Shown piece by piece: positions 1 to 12,304 of a stretch of 64,000 nt of DNA. The translations under genes were made by a program, and so were the position numbers. This stretch comes from an uncultured Gemmatimonadaceae bacterium (GTDB lineage: Bacteria; Gemmatimonadota; Gemmatimonadetes; Gemmatimonadales; Gemmatimonadaceae). The notes under the pieces are model-generated. The model did not search any database. It had not been told where the DNA came from and was given only the letters and a program-made list of their open reading frames with translations. The DNA lies in NCBI GenBank assembly GCA_963761305.1, contig CAVXGK010000001.1:608001-672000 (forward strand), read 5' to 3'. Positions within the stretch are counted from its first letter, which is position 1; every line of letters starts with the position of its first letter.

Positions 1-234
1 CGACGACACACACGCGGCACGCGTTCACCGGATGCAGCGTCTCGAGGAAACAGAGCGTGGGCACTTCGATGCCGGCCTGGCGGCACGCCGCGAGGAGCGT
101 CGCGCCTTCAGGGACCGTCACTTTCTGCCCGTCGACGGTCACCGTGACCGTGCGCATGGACGTGCGACGGCTCTTGTCCGTGGCGATCGTCGGACGCTGG
201 AGCTGAACGAGCGGCGGAGCGACCTCGACCGGAT

Positions 235-238
<4 letters not shown>
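1..238 (-). CDS. 2Fe-2S iron-sulfur subunit (NuoG/HoxU N-terminal-like) of formate dehydrogenase complex, partial (runs off window)
   Basis: Not in ORF track. Manual translation from GTG at 238: MNPVEV...VTVTVDGQKVTVPEGATLLAACRQAGIEVPTLCFLETLHPVNACRVCVV, a typical fer2_4 motif. GTGA overlap with upstream stop. Confidence 0.88.
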
Positions 239-2204
<1,966 letters not shown>

Positions 2205-2205
<1 letters not shown>

Positions 2206-4199
2206 CAGTCGTCCCCGGCGGCCGCCAGAGGCTCGGCGCGATGCGAGGAACGCAACGACTTCTTGCGCACCGGCTCGACGCGCACGGCGCACGCCTTGAA
2301 CTCGGCGGTGCCGGACTTCGGATCGGTGGAGTTGATCGTGAGCAGGTTCGTCATGACGTCGTCGGGGAAGTGCAACGTCATGAAAACTACGCCGGCGCGC
2401 AGACCTCGATCGATGAAGACCGGGACCTCGAGCGTGCCGCGGCGCGACGTCACACGCACCGTGTCGCCCGCTTCGACACCGAGACTCTCGGCGTCTTCGG
2501 GCGACAGGTCGAGCGATTCACCGCGGTGCAACGGCGACGAATAGCCGCCCGTCTGCACGCCGGTGTTGTACGACTCGAGACGGCGGCCCGTGGACAGGAT
2601 GAACGGATACTCGTCGTCGGGCTGCTCGACCGGGCCGTCGTGATGTACGACCGAGAACGGCGCGAGCCGCCCCCGCTTTGCTGGATCGTCGTCCCAGAGG
2701 CGCGAGTGCAAGAACTTGGTGCCGGGGTGATTCTCGTCGGGGCACGGCCACTGAAGTCCGCCGAGCTCCTCGAGTCGCTTGTACGTCATGCCGGCGAGCT
2801 GCGGCGAGAGGGCGCGGACTTCGTTCCACACGTCTTCCGCCGTCGGCGATCCCCACTCGTAGCCGAGCCGTTTGGCCAGCTGCGACATGATCCAGATCTC
2901 GTCGCGCGCGTTGCCCGGCGGTTCGACCGCTTTGCGGCAACGCTGAACACGGCGCTCGCTGTTGGTGACTGTTCCCTCGCCCTCGGCCCACGTCGCGCTC
3001 GCCGGGAACACCACGTCGGCGAGCTGCGCGGTTCTCGTGAGGAAGATCTCCTGCACGACGAGATGGTCGAGATTCTCGAGCAGGTGCGTCACGTGCGAGG
3101 CGTCGGCGTCGGACTGCGCTGGATTCTCGCCGATGACGTAGAGCGCGGAGAGCTCCTTCGTCTCCATCGCGTGGATCATCTCGGTGAGGTTCCAGCCGTC
3201 CTTGGGGATGATGTCGCGGCCCCACGCGCGCTCGAACTTCGTGCGATGCGCCTCGGTGGTGACGTCCTGGAAGCCCGGGAGCTTGTTCGGCAGCGCACCC
3301 ATGTCTCCGCCGCCCTGAACGTTGTTCTGTCCACGGAGCGGGTTGCAGCCGCAGCCGTAGCGTCCGACGTGGCCGGTGAGCAGCGAGAGGTTGATCAACG
3401 AGAGGACGTTGTCGACGGCGTTGTGATGCTCGGTGATGCCGAGCGTCCAGCAGACCATCGCGCGGTCGGCCGTGGCGTAGGCGCGCGCGGCGTCCTGGAT
3501 GACGTCGGCCGGAATGCCGGTGACGCGCTCGCCGAACGAGAGCGTGTACGGTTCGACCGCCTCCTTGTACGCCTGGTAGTTCGTCGTGCCGCGTTTGATG
3601 AACTCGCTGTGCGCGAGGCCGGCGTGGATGATCTCGCGCGCCATCGTGTTGGCGAGCGCCACGTCGCTGCCGACGTTGAGGCCGAGCCACGTGTCGGCCC
3701 ATTGGGCTGAGGTCGTCCGCCGTGGATCGACGACGCACAGACGGGCGCCGTTCTGGATTCCTTTCAATAAATGGTGGAACCAGATCGGGTGTGCTTCACG
3801 GGCGTTCGATCCCCAGAGGAAGGCGAAATCACAATGTTCCGCTTCCTCGTACGAGCTAGTCGAGCCGCCCGCCCCCAGGATGGTCGTCAGACCGACGACC
3901 GAGGGAGCGTGTCAGGTCCGATTACAGCTGTCGACGTTGTTGTTCCCGAACACCTGCCGCGCGAATTTCGACGCGAGGAAGTTCACCTCGTTGGTCGACT
4001 TCGAGCAGCTGAAGATGCCGGTTGCCATACGCCCGTTCTTCGACAGGTTCCGCCGGAATCCCTCGGCGGCTCGTTCGAGGGCTTCGTCCCACGACACGAT
4101 GCGCAAATCGTCGCCGTCACGGACGAGAGGCTGGGTCAATCGGGCGTAGTCGCCGGCACGTGTCCGAGCTTCGAAACGCGAGGTCTTCGTCAAGCCCAT
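2205..4199 (-). CDS. fdhF: Selenocysteine-containing formate dehydrogenase alpha-like molybdopterin oxidoreductase
   Basis: ORFs 3912..4295 and 2205..3767 are in the same frame, separated only by TGA 3912-3914 in NNVDSCNRT-U-HAPSVVGL, the FDH active-site Sec/Cys position. PLRGQNNVQGGGDMG motif; AAGGAG RBS before ATG 4199. Confidence 0.92.
3882..3900 (-). promoter_or_regulatory. Bacterial SECIS element
   Basis: mRNA reads UGA-CACGCUCCCUC-GGUCGUC-GGUCU-GACGACC: a perfect 7-bp stem with GGUCU apex, 11 nt after UGA, as in E. coli fdhF. Confidence 0.88.
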
Positions 4200-4340
4200 C
4201 TCCTTGGTGGAGCAACCGTTAGTGGAGATTGCCCCGGAGCGCATGGGACTGCAAGTGGCGTCTCGACCGAGGGGTCGGAACGGGGCATACTTCAAGGATA
4301 ATGTGTTCGCGGTACGACCTTGATTCGCGCGGAGTTACGT

Positions 4341-6110
4341 GTGTCCCGACCAGTCCTTTTCGTTCTCGCTGCATTGACTGCAACTATTTCTTGCGGTCAC
4401 GGGTCATCGTCGCCAACGACGACCCCCACCCCGAACCCGACCGCCGGCGCCAATCGCCCGCCGGGCGTCGTGTGGCCCGACGAGGGCTTCGCGACGTGGG
4501 CCCCTCGGCCGACGACTCCCGACATCACGGCGAACGACCTGCGCACGCGTCTGTATCAGATCTCAGACGATTCCATGCAAGGCCGTCGCATCGGCGAGCT
4601 CGGAAACTTCAAGACGACGGCGTACATCGCGTCCGAGTTCAAACGGCTCGGCCTCAAGCCGGCAGGCGAGAACGGCGGCTACTTCCAGGATCTTCCGTAC
4701 GGCGCGATGAGGGTGGACAGCACCGTCGCGCGGTTGATCGCGGCCGGCGGGCCTGCTGTCGCGGGAACAGAGTGGATTCCCGCGCCCGCGGCTGCGGCGA
4801 GCCGAATCGTCGGTGACGCGAACGTGACCGACGCCGGCTCGGTGTTCGCGGGACGGTGGGGTGACACGACGACCGCGCTCGACGCGAATGCGATTCGCGG
4901 AAAGGTGGCCGTGTTCACCTACACGCCGCCCGGCGGACGTGGCGGCGCCGGCGGAGGCCGCGGCGGATTCGGTACCGTGCGAGATCCTCGCGCGGCAAGC
5001 GCCGGCGCCGCGCTCATCCTCGTGACCGGACCCGACTCGGCGCGCGGAATCGGCGCGTCCGCATTTGCGAGTCGCCCCGGGATGCGGCCCGTCGCTTCGG
5101 TCACAGGCGCCCCGGCGGCGGCGATCAGCGGTTCACTCGCCACGAAGATCTTCGGTCAGCCGGTGGCGCAGCTCAGCGTGGGCGCCACGGGCGCGCCGAT
5201 CAGCGCGAACTGGACCGACACATTCACGCCGTCCAAGTACACGGCGCGAAACGTTATTGCGATCCTCCCCGGCTCGGATCCAGCACGCGCGGGAGAATAC
5301 GTCCTCCTGAGCGCGCACAACGATCACGTCGGCATGCTGCCCCGCCCCGTCGACCATGATTCGGTCCGCGCGTTCAATCGCGTCATGCGGCCGCAGGGCG
5401 CGAACGACCGTCCCGGGCCGCCGACCGCCGCGCAGCAGAAGCAGATCGACTCGCTGATCGCCTACGCGCGCTCGATCCGGCCGCCGCGCCCCGACTCGGT
5501 GAACAACGGAGCCGACGATGACGGATCAGGCACCGTCGTCTTGCTGGAGGTCGCCGAGAAGTTCGCGACGGAACATCCCGCGCGGTCGATCATCTTCGTC
5601 TCGCACACCGGCGAGGAAGCCGGCCTGCTCGGCTCGCGCTGGTTCGTCGAGCACCCGACGATTCCGCTCGATTCGATCGACGCCGCGCTCAACATGGACA
5701 TGGTCGGCAAGGGTCGCGCGAGCGACGTGAAGTTTGGCGGTCCGTCGTCGGTCCAGACGCTCGGTTCGCGCCGGCTGTCGAAACAATTCGGCGACGTCAT
5801 CGACTCGGTGAACGCCACGCTGCCGGACACGATGACGATCGACCACAGTTGGGACGTGCCCAGCAATCCGATGAATCGCTTCTGCCGCAGCGATCAGGTG
5901 AACTACGTGCACTCCAACGTGCCGGTGACGTATTTCTCGACCGGCTACTCGATCGACTATCACGAACCGACCGACGAAGCGCGCTACATCGACTTCGACC
6001 ACATGACGCGGCTCGCGCGATTCATGCACGCCGTGATGGCGGGGATCGCCGATCGGAAGGATCGGCTGGCGATCTCGGGGCCGGATCCGTCGTATCCGAC
6101 TTGCCGGTGA
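4341..6110 (+). CDS. M28 family peptidase, probable lipoprotein
   Basis: Lipobox-like TISC after hydrophobic leader; SAHNDH, GADDDGSG, GEEAGLLGS, NMDMVG, RSDQ, DYHEPTD motifs. GTG start with GGAG RBS. Confidence 0.9.
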   Translation: MSRPVLFVLAALTATISCGHGSSSPTTTPTPNPTAGANRPPGVVWPDEGFATWAPRPTTPDITANDLRTRLYQISDDSMQGRRIGELGNFKTTAYIASEFKRLGLKPAGENGGYFQDLPYGAMRVDSTVARLIAAGGPAVAGTEWIPAPAAAASRIVGDANVTDAGSVFAGRWGDTTTALDANAIRGKVAVFTYTPPGGRGGAGGGRGGFGTVRDPRAASAGAALILVTGPDSARGIGASAFASRPGMRPVASVTGAPAAAISGSLATKIFGQPVAQLSVGATGAPISANWTDTFTPSKYTARNVIAILPGSDPARAGEYVLLSAHNDHVGMLPRPVDHDSVRAFNRVMRPQGANDRPGPPTAAQQKQIDSLIAYARSIRPPRPDSVNNGADDDGSGTVVLLEVAEKFATEHPARSIIFVSHTGEEAGLLGSRWFVEHPTIPLDSIDAALNMDMVGKGRASDVKFGGPSSVQTLGSRRLSKQFGDVIDSVNATLPDTMTIDHSWDVPSNPMNRFCRSDQVNYVHSNVPVTYFSTGYSIDYHEPTDEARYIDFDHMTRLARFMHAVMAGIADRKDRLAISGPDPSYPTCR

Positions 6111-6116
6111 GGGAGC

Positions 6117-6204
6117 GAACGGCAGTTCCTAGCCGAGAGTGATCGGTAGAAGTTGCGAGTTATCTCACGATTGCGACTGGTCACTCCCGGCTCAACTGTC
6201 GTTC
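6117..6204 (+). other. Long imperfect RNA hairpin between convergent genes
   Basis: Nested arms GAACGGCAGTT/AACTGTCGTTC, AGCCGAGAGTGATCGGT/ACTGGTCACTCCCGGCT, AGTTGCGAG/CTCACGATT. Confidence 0.7.
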
Positions 6205-6206
6205 CA

Positions 6207-7463
6207 TCAAAGAATCGGAATCCCCAACCCGTACGTCGCGTTCAACGCCTGCGCCGCGGCTCGGGCGAGTATCGCTTGACCCGCGACGCTCGGGTGCAAG
6301 CCGTCGAGCGAGAAGTACGGGCCGAACGGCGCCGCGGACGTCAGCAGCTTCACCACGCTGAACGGTGCCTTGGCGTTCTTCGTGTCGTAGAGCGCACCGA
6401 GCGGGAAATATGCGAACCCGCGCGCGGTCGCCTGCATCTGGATGTGCGCGTTCATCATCTTCACCTGCCCGTCGATGAAGCCGGCGTCCGCGGGCGTCAG
6501 GATGAAATCCTGTTGTCCAGGGGCGTCGGTGCAGCTCAGTGTGGCTGGTCCGAGCCCGTGCTGCGCTTGCGCCAAGCCGGTGGCGACCGTCAACGGCACC
6601 TTCAACGACACGAAGATCAAGTTCTGGTTGCTTTGGCAGTCGGGCGAGACCTGGACATTGAACAAGGCGAACTCGAGACGGTCTTGCCACAGATCATCGC
6701 CGAGGCGAAACGCTTGAACGTCGGCCAGGTGGTCGATGAGTCCGACGAGGACGCCCCGGCTCGTTGTTGGCACCGCGTTGATCACCTGGTCGTAGACGTG
6801 CTCCCACGCGGCCTCGGGAAAGACCAGGGCCGTGGTGCCGCTCGTGGCGCCAAGCACCTCGTTGGACCCGAGTTCCACCGAAACAAGCGTCGGGTTGCGC
6901 GCGATCATCGTCGAGACCTGCGTCATGCCCGGCTGCAGCACGCGGCTGTAGATCTTCGCGTTCGCATTGCCGGGGGAACTCGGCGTCGTGCCGAGAGCGT
7001 CGGTCGTGAGGGCGCCGTTGAGCGAGACGTTGTCGAACGGAGGCGCCAGGCCGAACAACAGCGGCGAGCAGTTCAGGGAGGACGCGTCGAGCACCGCCGC
7101 CGGTTCACCGCTGAGGCGAACGTCGAGCAAGAGCGGGGCAATGATCGGCGCCGGGCAACCCGTGCCGGCGATCAACGGCTGCTTGAGCAATGATACGGCC
7201 ATGCCGGAGAGTTGGGCCGGCCACGACGCTACCTGGGTCGCGGCGATCAGACCGTCGCTCTGAACCCCCGCGCTGATGCTCGTGCCGATCGCGACGTAGC
7301 GCTGAAACGCCGCATGCGCGGTGAAGATGTTCTCTTGCGGAGCCGAAGGCGCGGCCTGCGATGTCGACGGCGCGACGATTTGATCGGACGTGCACGCCGA
7401 CGTGCCGACGGCCAGCATCGAGGCGAGTGCGAGCGCTGAACGACCCAACGTGGTGCCTGGCAT
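6207..7463 (-). CDS. SGNH/GDSL-type hydrolase lipoprotein
   Basis: Lipobox TSAC; block I AIGTSISAG, block III LGSNE, block V DGLHP. Confidence 0.8.
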   Translation of the reverse strand: MPGTTLGRSALALASMLAVGTSACTSDQIVAPSTSQAAPSAPQENIFTAHAAFQRYVAIGTSISAGVQSDGLIAATQVASWPAQLSGMAVSLLKQPLIAGTGCPAPIIAPLLLDVRLSGEPAAVLDASSLNCSPLLFGLAPPFDNVSLNGALTTDALGTTPSSPGNANAKIYSRVLQPGMTQVSTMIARNPTLVSVELGSNEVLGATSGTTALVFPEAAWEHVYDQVINAVPTTSRGVLVGLIDHLADVQAFRLGDDLWQDRLEFALFNVQVSPDCQSNQNLIFVSLKVPLTVATGLAQAQHGLGPATLSCTDAPGQQDFILTPADAGFIDGQVKMMNAHIQMQATARGFAYFPLGALYDTKNAKAPFSVVKLLTSAAPFGPYFSLDGLHPSVAGQAILARAAAQALNATYGLGIPIL

Positions 7464-7564
7464 GATCGTCTGCTCCCGAGCGGAGGAGGAGGATCAATGT
7501 CCCACGGTCTCGGCGTGTCGTCCAGAGGACGCGTCTGGTAGTCGTGGACGAGCCGCCGCGACTC

Positions 7565-9499
7565 CTACCTCGCGGCCGCCGGCTCCGGCGTGGAAGCGGG
7601 CTCCGCTTCGTCGAGCGTGTCGTCGTGGCTCATGCGGTCGCGCAATCGAACCGAGCGTCCGACCAAATATGGCACGGCGGTGACGACGACGTTCGGCCGA
7701 AACAGAAACGCCGTGCGTATGAACAACGATGTCTTGTTGTGCAGCAGATGGCCGAGCCAACTGCGCGGCACGATCTCGGGAACGACGAGCGTCACCAGAT
7801 CGCCTTCGCCTCGCTCGAGCAGTCCGTTCACGTAATCCACGAGCGGCCGCAACACGGAACGGTACGGCGACGGCAACACGACCAGCTCGACGCCAATGTC
7901 CCATGCGTCCCAACTGCGCCGCAGCTCGGCCGACGTGTCTGGATCGACCTCGACGTAGATGGCGCGCACGTCTTCCGAGATGGTCGTCGCGTAGACGAGC
8001 GCGCCGGCGGCGGGCTTCGTGATGCCGTTCACCGGCACGAGCACCGTGTGGTGCAGGAACATCAACGGCGCCTGGCCGTTGTAGGCGACGTCGCGCGCGA
8101 AGTGCTCGTAGTGGCGATGGATGCGAACGAGGACGTAGATGATCACCGGAATGATCAGCACGACGATCCACGCGCCCTCGGTGAACTTGGTCGCGACCTG
8201 AATGAGCGACACGATCGCCGTCGCGACCGCGCCGAGCCCGTTGAGCGCCGCGCGCCACTTCCAGCCGGGTGCGCGGCTCCGCACCCAGTGCATCACCATC
8301 CCCGCCTGCGACAGCGTGAAGCACACGAACACGCCGATCGCGTACAGCGGAATCAGTGCGCTCGTCTCACCGCGGAATGCCCAGATCAGCAACGCCGCTA
8401 CGACCGCGAGCGCGATGATGCCATTCGAGAACGCCAATCGATCGCCGCGCGCCGCGAACTGGCGCGGCATGAAGTGGTCCCGCGCGAGAATGCTCGAGAG
8501 GCGCGGGAAGTCGGCGAACGCGGTATTCGCCGCCAGCACGAGGATCGCGAACGTCGCGTACTGGAAGACGTAGTAGACGAGCCCACCGCCGAACACGTGC
8601 CGCGCCACCTGCGACAACACCGTCTCGCTCCCCGACGGCATCACGCCGAAGTGTCGCGCCAGGCTGCTCACGCCCAGGAACAACACCGCCAGGATCGCCG
8701 CCATCCATCCCAGCGTCGTGGCGGCGTTCTTCGCGCTCGGCTGCCTGAACGCGCTGACGCCGTTCGAGATGGCCTCAGTGCCCGTCATCGCCGAACATCC
8801 TTCGGCGAATCCGCGTAGCACGAGAAACGCGAGCGCGAAGCCAGCCGGGCCGGCCATCACCGGCGGGCGAACGGGCGGAGCAGTCGTCGCGACATGCGGC
8901 GAGGTTCCGACGAACGCCATGATGATCCCCGCCGCGATCATGGCGACCATCATCACCACGAACACGTATGTCGGAATGCTGAAGGCGATTCCCGACTCGC
9001 GCACGCCGCGCAGGTTGACGAGCATCAACACCAACACGGCCGCCACTCCGATCAGCACCGTGTGCGGCATCAGGTTCGGGTACGCTGACGTGATCGCGGC
9101 CACGCCGCCCGAGATCGACACCGAGACCGTAAGGATGTAGTCGGTCAGCAGCGCCGCCGCCGCGATCAGCCCCGGCATCGTCCCGAGGTTGTCTTTGGCG
9201 ACGGTGTACGATCCGCCGCCAGCGGGGTACGCGAAGATCGTCTGCCGGTACGACAGCGCGACGAGCACCAGCAGCCCGACGATCACCGCCGAAATCGGCA
9301 CGACGTAGCTCAGCGCCGCCGTGCCGAGCACGGCGAGGACGATGAGCGTTTGCTCCGTGGCGTAAGCGACGGAGGAGATGGCGTCCGAGGAAAGAACGGC
9401 GAGCGCGGTGCGCTTGTTCAGGCGTTCGTGCTCGAGCCGATCCGACGCCAGCGGGCGTCCAAAAAGAACTCGTTTTAGGCGGCCAAGCGGGCTTGGCAT
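7565..9499 (-). CDS. APC family permease, KimA-like K+ transporter
   Basis: GRPL...HERL, SSDAISSVAYA, GGGSY, TGTEAISNGV, AANTAFADFPRL, C-terminal SPYRS and LHNKT motifs of KimA/YdaO; about 12 TM segments. Confidence 0.85.
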   Translation of the reverse strand: MPSPLGRLKRVLFGRPLASDRLEHERLNKRTALAVLSSDAISSVAYATEQTLIVLAVLGTAALSYVVPISAVIVGLLVLVALSYRQTIFAYPAGGGSYTVAKDNLGTMPGLIAAAALLTDYILTVSVSISGGVAAITSAYPNLMPHTVLIGVAAVLVLMLVNLRGVRESGIAFSIPTYVFVVMMVAMIAAGIIMAFVGTSPHVATTAPPVRPPVMAGPAGFALAFLVLRGFAEGCSAMTGTEAISNGVSAFRQPSAKNAATTLGWMAAILAVLFLGVSSLARHFGVMPSGSETVLSQVARHVFGGGLVYYVFQYATFAILVLAANTAFADFPRLSSILARDHFMPRQFAARGDRLAFSNGIIALAVVAALLIWAFRGETSALIPLYAIGVFVCFTLSQAGMVMHWVRSRAPGWKWRAALNGLGAVATAIVSLIQVATKFTEGAWIVVLIIPVIIYVLVRIHRHYEHFARDVAYNGQAPLMFLHHTVLVPVNGITKPAAGALVYATTISEDVRAIYVEVDPDTSAELRRSWDAWDIGVELVVLPSPYRSVLRPLVDYVNGLLERGEGDLVTLVVPEIVPRSWLGHLLHNKTSLFIRTAFLFRPNVVVTAVPYLVGRSVRLRDRMSHDDTLDEAEPASTPEPAAAR

Positions 9500-9580
9500 G
9501 GGGCGGGCAGGAGGTACCACAGGTCTCCAATGACTACCGACCCGCGCATAAAGAACGCGTGAAGAACCGTCGTGTTTTCG

Positions 9581-11188
9581 TTAAGATTTCGACGGCTGGT
9601 CCAGGTCGGCGCTCGGGATGGCCGGTACGCGGAGGCGGAACGTGCTCCCGCCGCCCGGCCGGTCTTCGAGATCCAAACCGCCGCCCTGTGCCGCCGCGAC
9701 TCCGCGGGCGATCGAGAGGCCGAGACCAGCGCCGCCCACGTCCGGAAACCCCGATCGTCGATAAAACGCCTCGAAGATTCGCTCGCGCTCGGCGCGTGGT
9801 ACGCCCGGTCCGCGGTCGGACACCGAGAATACGAGCCACTCGCCGTCCCCTTCCAACGACGCGGTGAGATCGATCGGCGTTCCGGGCGGCGAATACTTCG
9901 CCGCGTTGTCGATCAGATTCACCACGGCGCGCAACGTCTCCGAGAAGTCGAACCGGCCAAAGAGCAGCGCCTCGCTCGAGTCCGTGGCCACACGCAGCTC
10001 GCGTCCGGCGAGCCTGCCGGTCACCTGCTGCGCCGCCGCGCCGAGGAGATCCTCGGCTTCGTTCGGCTGGATGTTGGGAGCCGCCGTGCCGGTCGTGATG
10101 CGCGAGAGGTCGAGCATCTGCGCGACGAATCGCGTGAGTCGATCGGCCTCCTCCTCGATCACGTCCGCCCGCTCGTCGCCACCGGCGGCGATCTCGTGCG
10201 CCAGGCCCTTGATCGTCGTGAGCGGCGTGCGCAAATCGTGCGACACCGACGCGAGCACCGCGTCCTTGGCGCGATGCGCCTCCTGGAGCACCCGTGCCTG
10301 CTCGGCGTCGGCGACGAGCCGCGCGCGTTCGATACCCAGCGCCGCATAGTACGAGAGCGCGTCGAGCACACGGATCTCGGCGGCGCTCGCCGAGAGACCG
10401 GCGGCGCGCGCGATCCGCAGCACGCCGACAGTTCTGCCGCGCGCTTGCAGCGGCCGAACGAACGCTCGCAACCGCGGCTGCGCGCCGTCGTGAATCGTGA
10501 GCAGATCGGGCGACGCGTCGACGGTGGACGTGCCATCCACGAATTCGGCGGCGCTGCGCCCTTCGCGCGCCGCCCACTCGACGAGCGGATGCTCGACGTC
10601 AGAGGCGTCGGACGGCTCGCCCGACTGCGCCGCCAAACGAACGGCGTTCGTGGCTGCGTCGGTGGCGTAGAGGCTGGACTGATCGAGCGCGAGCGACGTG
10701 CGGATCACCGACGCGATGGCGACGAGCGCGTCTTCTGCGCGGGCCGTGCTCAGCGTCTCGGCGCCGAGCGCTGCGAGTCGGTCCATCTCCACCGCCCGCT
10801 GGCGCGCGTCGGCCGCCTCCGCCTGCGCGCGATAGAGCAGTTGTGCCGACAACACGCCCGTCGTGAGGAATGCCAGGAGCACCAACCAGTTGAGCGGGTC
10901 CTGGACGGTGAGCCTCCCGAAAGGCGGGAGGAAGAAATAGTCGAAGCTGAGAAACGCGACCGACGCGAGCGCAATTCCGAGCGGTCGTCCGCGCCGCGCG
11001 CTGCCGCCCTGCACGACGAGCAGGTAGGCGAGCGAGATGTAGGTGGCGTTCAGGTGCGTGCGAACGGAAACGAGAAACGCAGTGACGATCGCCAACAAGG
11101 CGAACCAGGCGACCCACTCGAGCCACGGCCGATCTTCGCCGCCACCTCCAGGGGCGCGCCGCACGTGGTGGCCGCGCGGTTCGTTCAC
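9581..11188 (-). CDS. KdpD-like sensor histidine kinase (DUF4118-GAF-HisKA-HATPase), lacking the KdpD N-terminal domain
   Basis: 4 TM with FDYFFLPP (DUF4118); SVSHDLRTPLT H-box; NAAKY, DRGPG, GLGLSI boxes. Confidence 0.88.
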   Translation of the reverse strand: MNEPRGHHVRRAPGGGGEDRPWLEWVAWFALLAIVTAFLVSVRTHLNATYISLAYLLVVQGGSARRGRPLGIALASVAFLSFDYFFLPPFGRLTVQDPLNWLVLLAFLTTGVLSAQLLYRAQAEAADARQRAVEMDRLAALGAETLSTARAEDALVAIASVIRTSLALDQSSLYATDAATNAVRLAAQSGEPSDASDVEHPLVEWAAREGRSAAEFVDGTSTVDASPDLLTIHDGAQPRLRAFVRPLQARGRTVGVLRIARAAGLSASAAEIRVLDALSYYAALGIERARLVADAEQARVLQEAHRAKDAVLASVSHDLRTPLTTIKGLAHEIAAGGDERADVIEEEADRLTRFVAQMLDLSRITTGTAAPNIQPNEAEDLLGAAAQQVTGRLAGRELRVATDSSEALLFGRFDFSETLRAVVNLIDNAAKYSPPGTPIDLTASLEGDGEWLVFSVSDRGPGVPRAERERIFEAFYRRSGFPDVGGAGLGLSIARGVAAAQGGGLDLEDRPGGGSTFRLRVPAIPSADLDQPSKS

Positions 11189-11195
11189 GCTACGT

Positions 11196-11891
11196 TCACG
11201 GTTCGTTTTCGAACCGATACCCGACTCCCGGTTCGGTCACGATCAGACGCGGGCGAACGGGGTCCGACTCGAGCTTTCGTCGCAGGCTGCGCACGTGCAC
11301 GCGGAGGTACTGCTGCATGTCGCCCGAGGAATTCCCCCACACGGCGCGGAACAGCTGCTGGTGAGTGAGCGTGCGGCCGGTGTGCTTGAGCAGCGTTCGC
11401 AGCAGCTCCCACTCGGTTTTCGTGAGGTGCACCGGCACGTCGCCCTTTTTCGCCGACGGCTTCACCGGGTCGAGCACGAGGTCGCCGATCGTGATCACTT
11501 GTCCCGCGCCGGCCGCGGGCGCGAGTCGAGAGCGACGCAATTGCGCGCGCATGCGGGCCTGCAGTTCGCCCGGACTGAACGGCTTGGTCATGTAGTCGTC
11601 GGCGCCCGCGTCGAGGAGCGTGACCTTCTCCTGGTCGGAGTGGCGCGCCGAGAGCACGATGATCGGCACTTGCGACCACGCGCGAATCTCACGGCAGACT
11701 TCGACGCCGCCCGCGTCGGGGAGGCCGAGGTCGAGGACGATGAGCGCGGGTCGCTCGGCCGCGGCGAGATCGATCGCCTCGCGCGCGGTTGCCGCCTCGA
11801 TGACCCGCGTCGTATCCGACGCGAGCACGTTGCGGACGACCCGCCGAATCTGCGGTTCGTCATCCACGACAAGCACCACGTCGTTGGCCAT
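11196..11891 (-). CDS. kdpE: KdpE-like OmpR-family response regulator
   Basis: VDDEPQIRR, LDLGLPD, GADDYMTKPF, YLRVHVRSLRRKLESDP...TEPGVGYRF. Confidence 0.85.
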   Translation of the reverse strand: MANDVVLVVDDEPQIRRVVRNVLASDTTRVIEAATAREAIDLAAAERPALIVLDLGLPDAGGVEVCREIRAWSQVPIIVLSARHSDQEKVTLLDAGADDYMTKPFSPGELQARMRAQLRRSRLAPAAGAGQVITIGDLVLDPVKPSAKKGDVPVHLTKTEWELLRTLLKHTGRTLTHQQLFRAVWGNSSGDMQQYLRVHVRSLRRKLESDPVRPRLIVTEPGVGYRFENEP

Positions 11892-12064
11892 CCGTGAAGT
11901 CTGACCGCACTACGACTCGGCGGCAACGGCGCGCGGTTTGCTCAGCTATGCACCTGTTAACGCCGGCACGGCTCAATCGTCCCACCAACCGGGGGCACGG
12001 GTTGCCGAGCGATCGGACCGTGACACGAGGCACAACCCACTCGCAAGACGCAGGGAGGAAAACG

Positions 12065-12289
12065 ATGAAGATGCTTCTGTTGGCGGCCGGCTTGACCGGC
12101 ACGATGGCGTTTACGCCTGTGACACTCGAACCGCATCCGCACATTCACGGCGCGATCGTCGAGCTCGAAGCGGCTCGCAACGAGTTGAAGACGGCGGCCC
12201 ATGACTTCGGCGGCCACCGCGTCGAAGCCATGAGGGCGATCGACGGCGCGCTCAAGCAGCTCCGACTCGCGCAGCAGTTCGACAAGTAG
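12065..12289 (+). CDS. Small secreted helical protein with HDFGGHR motif
   Basis: GGGAGG RBS, signal-peptide-like N-terminus, followed by a terminator. Confidence 0.75.
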   Translation: MKMLLLAAGLTGTMAFTPVTLEPHPHIHGAIVELEAARNELKTAAHDFGGHRVEAMRAIDGALKQLRLAQQFDK

Positions 12290-12304
12290 TCGTCGCACGA
12301 AAGC

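Noticed and set aside
3768..4295. FDH as split gene or pseudogene (ORFs 3912..4295 and 2205..3767)
   Set aside because: A single in-frame TGA at the catalytic position plus a SECIS hairpin fits selenocysteine better.
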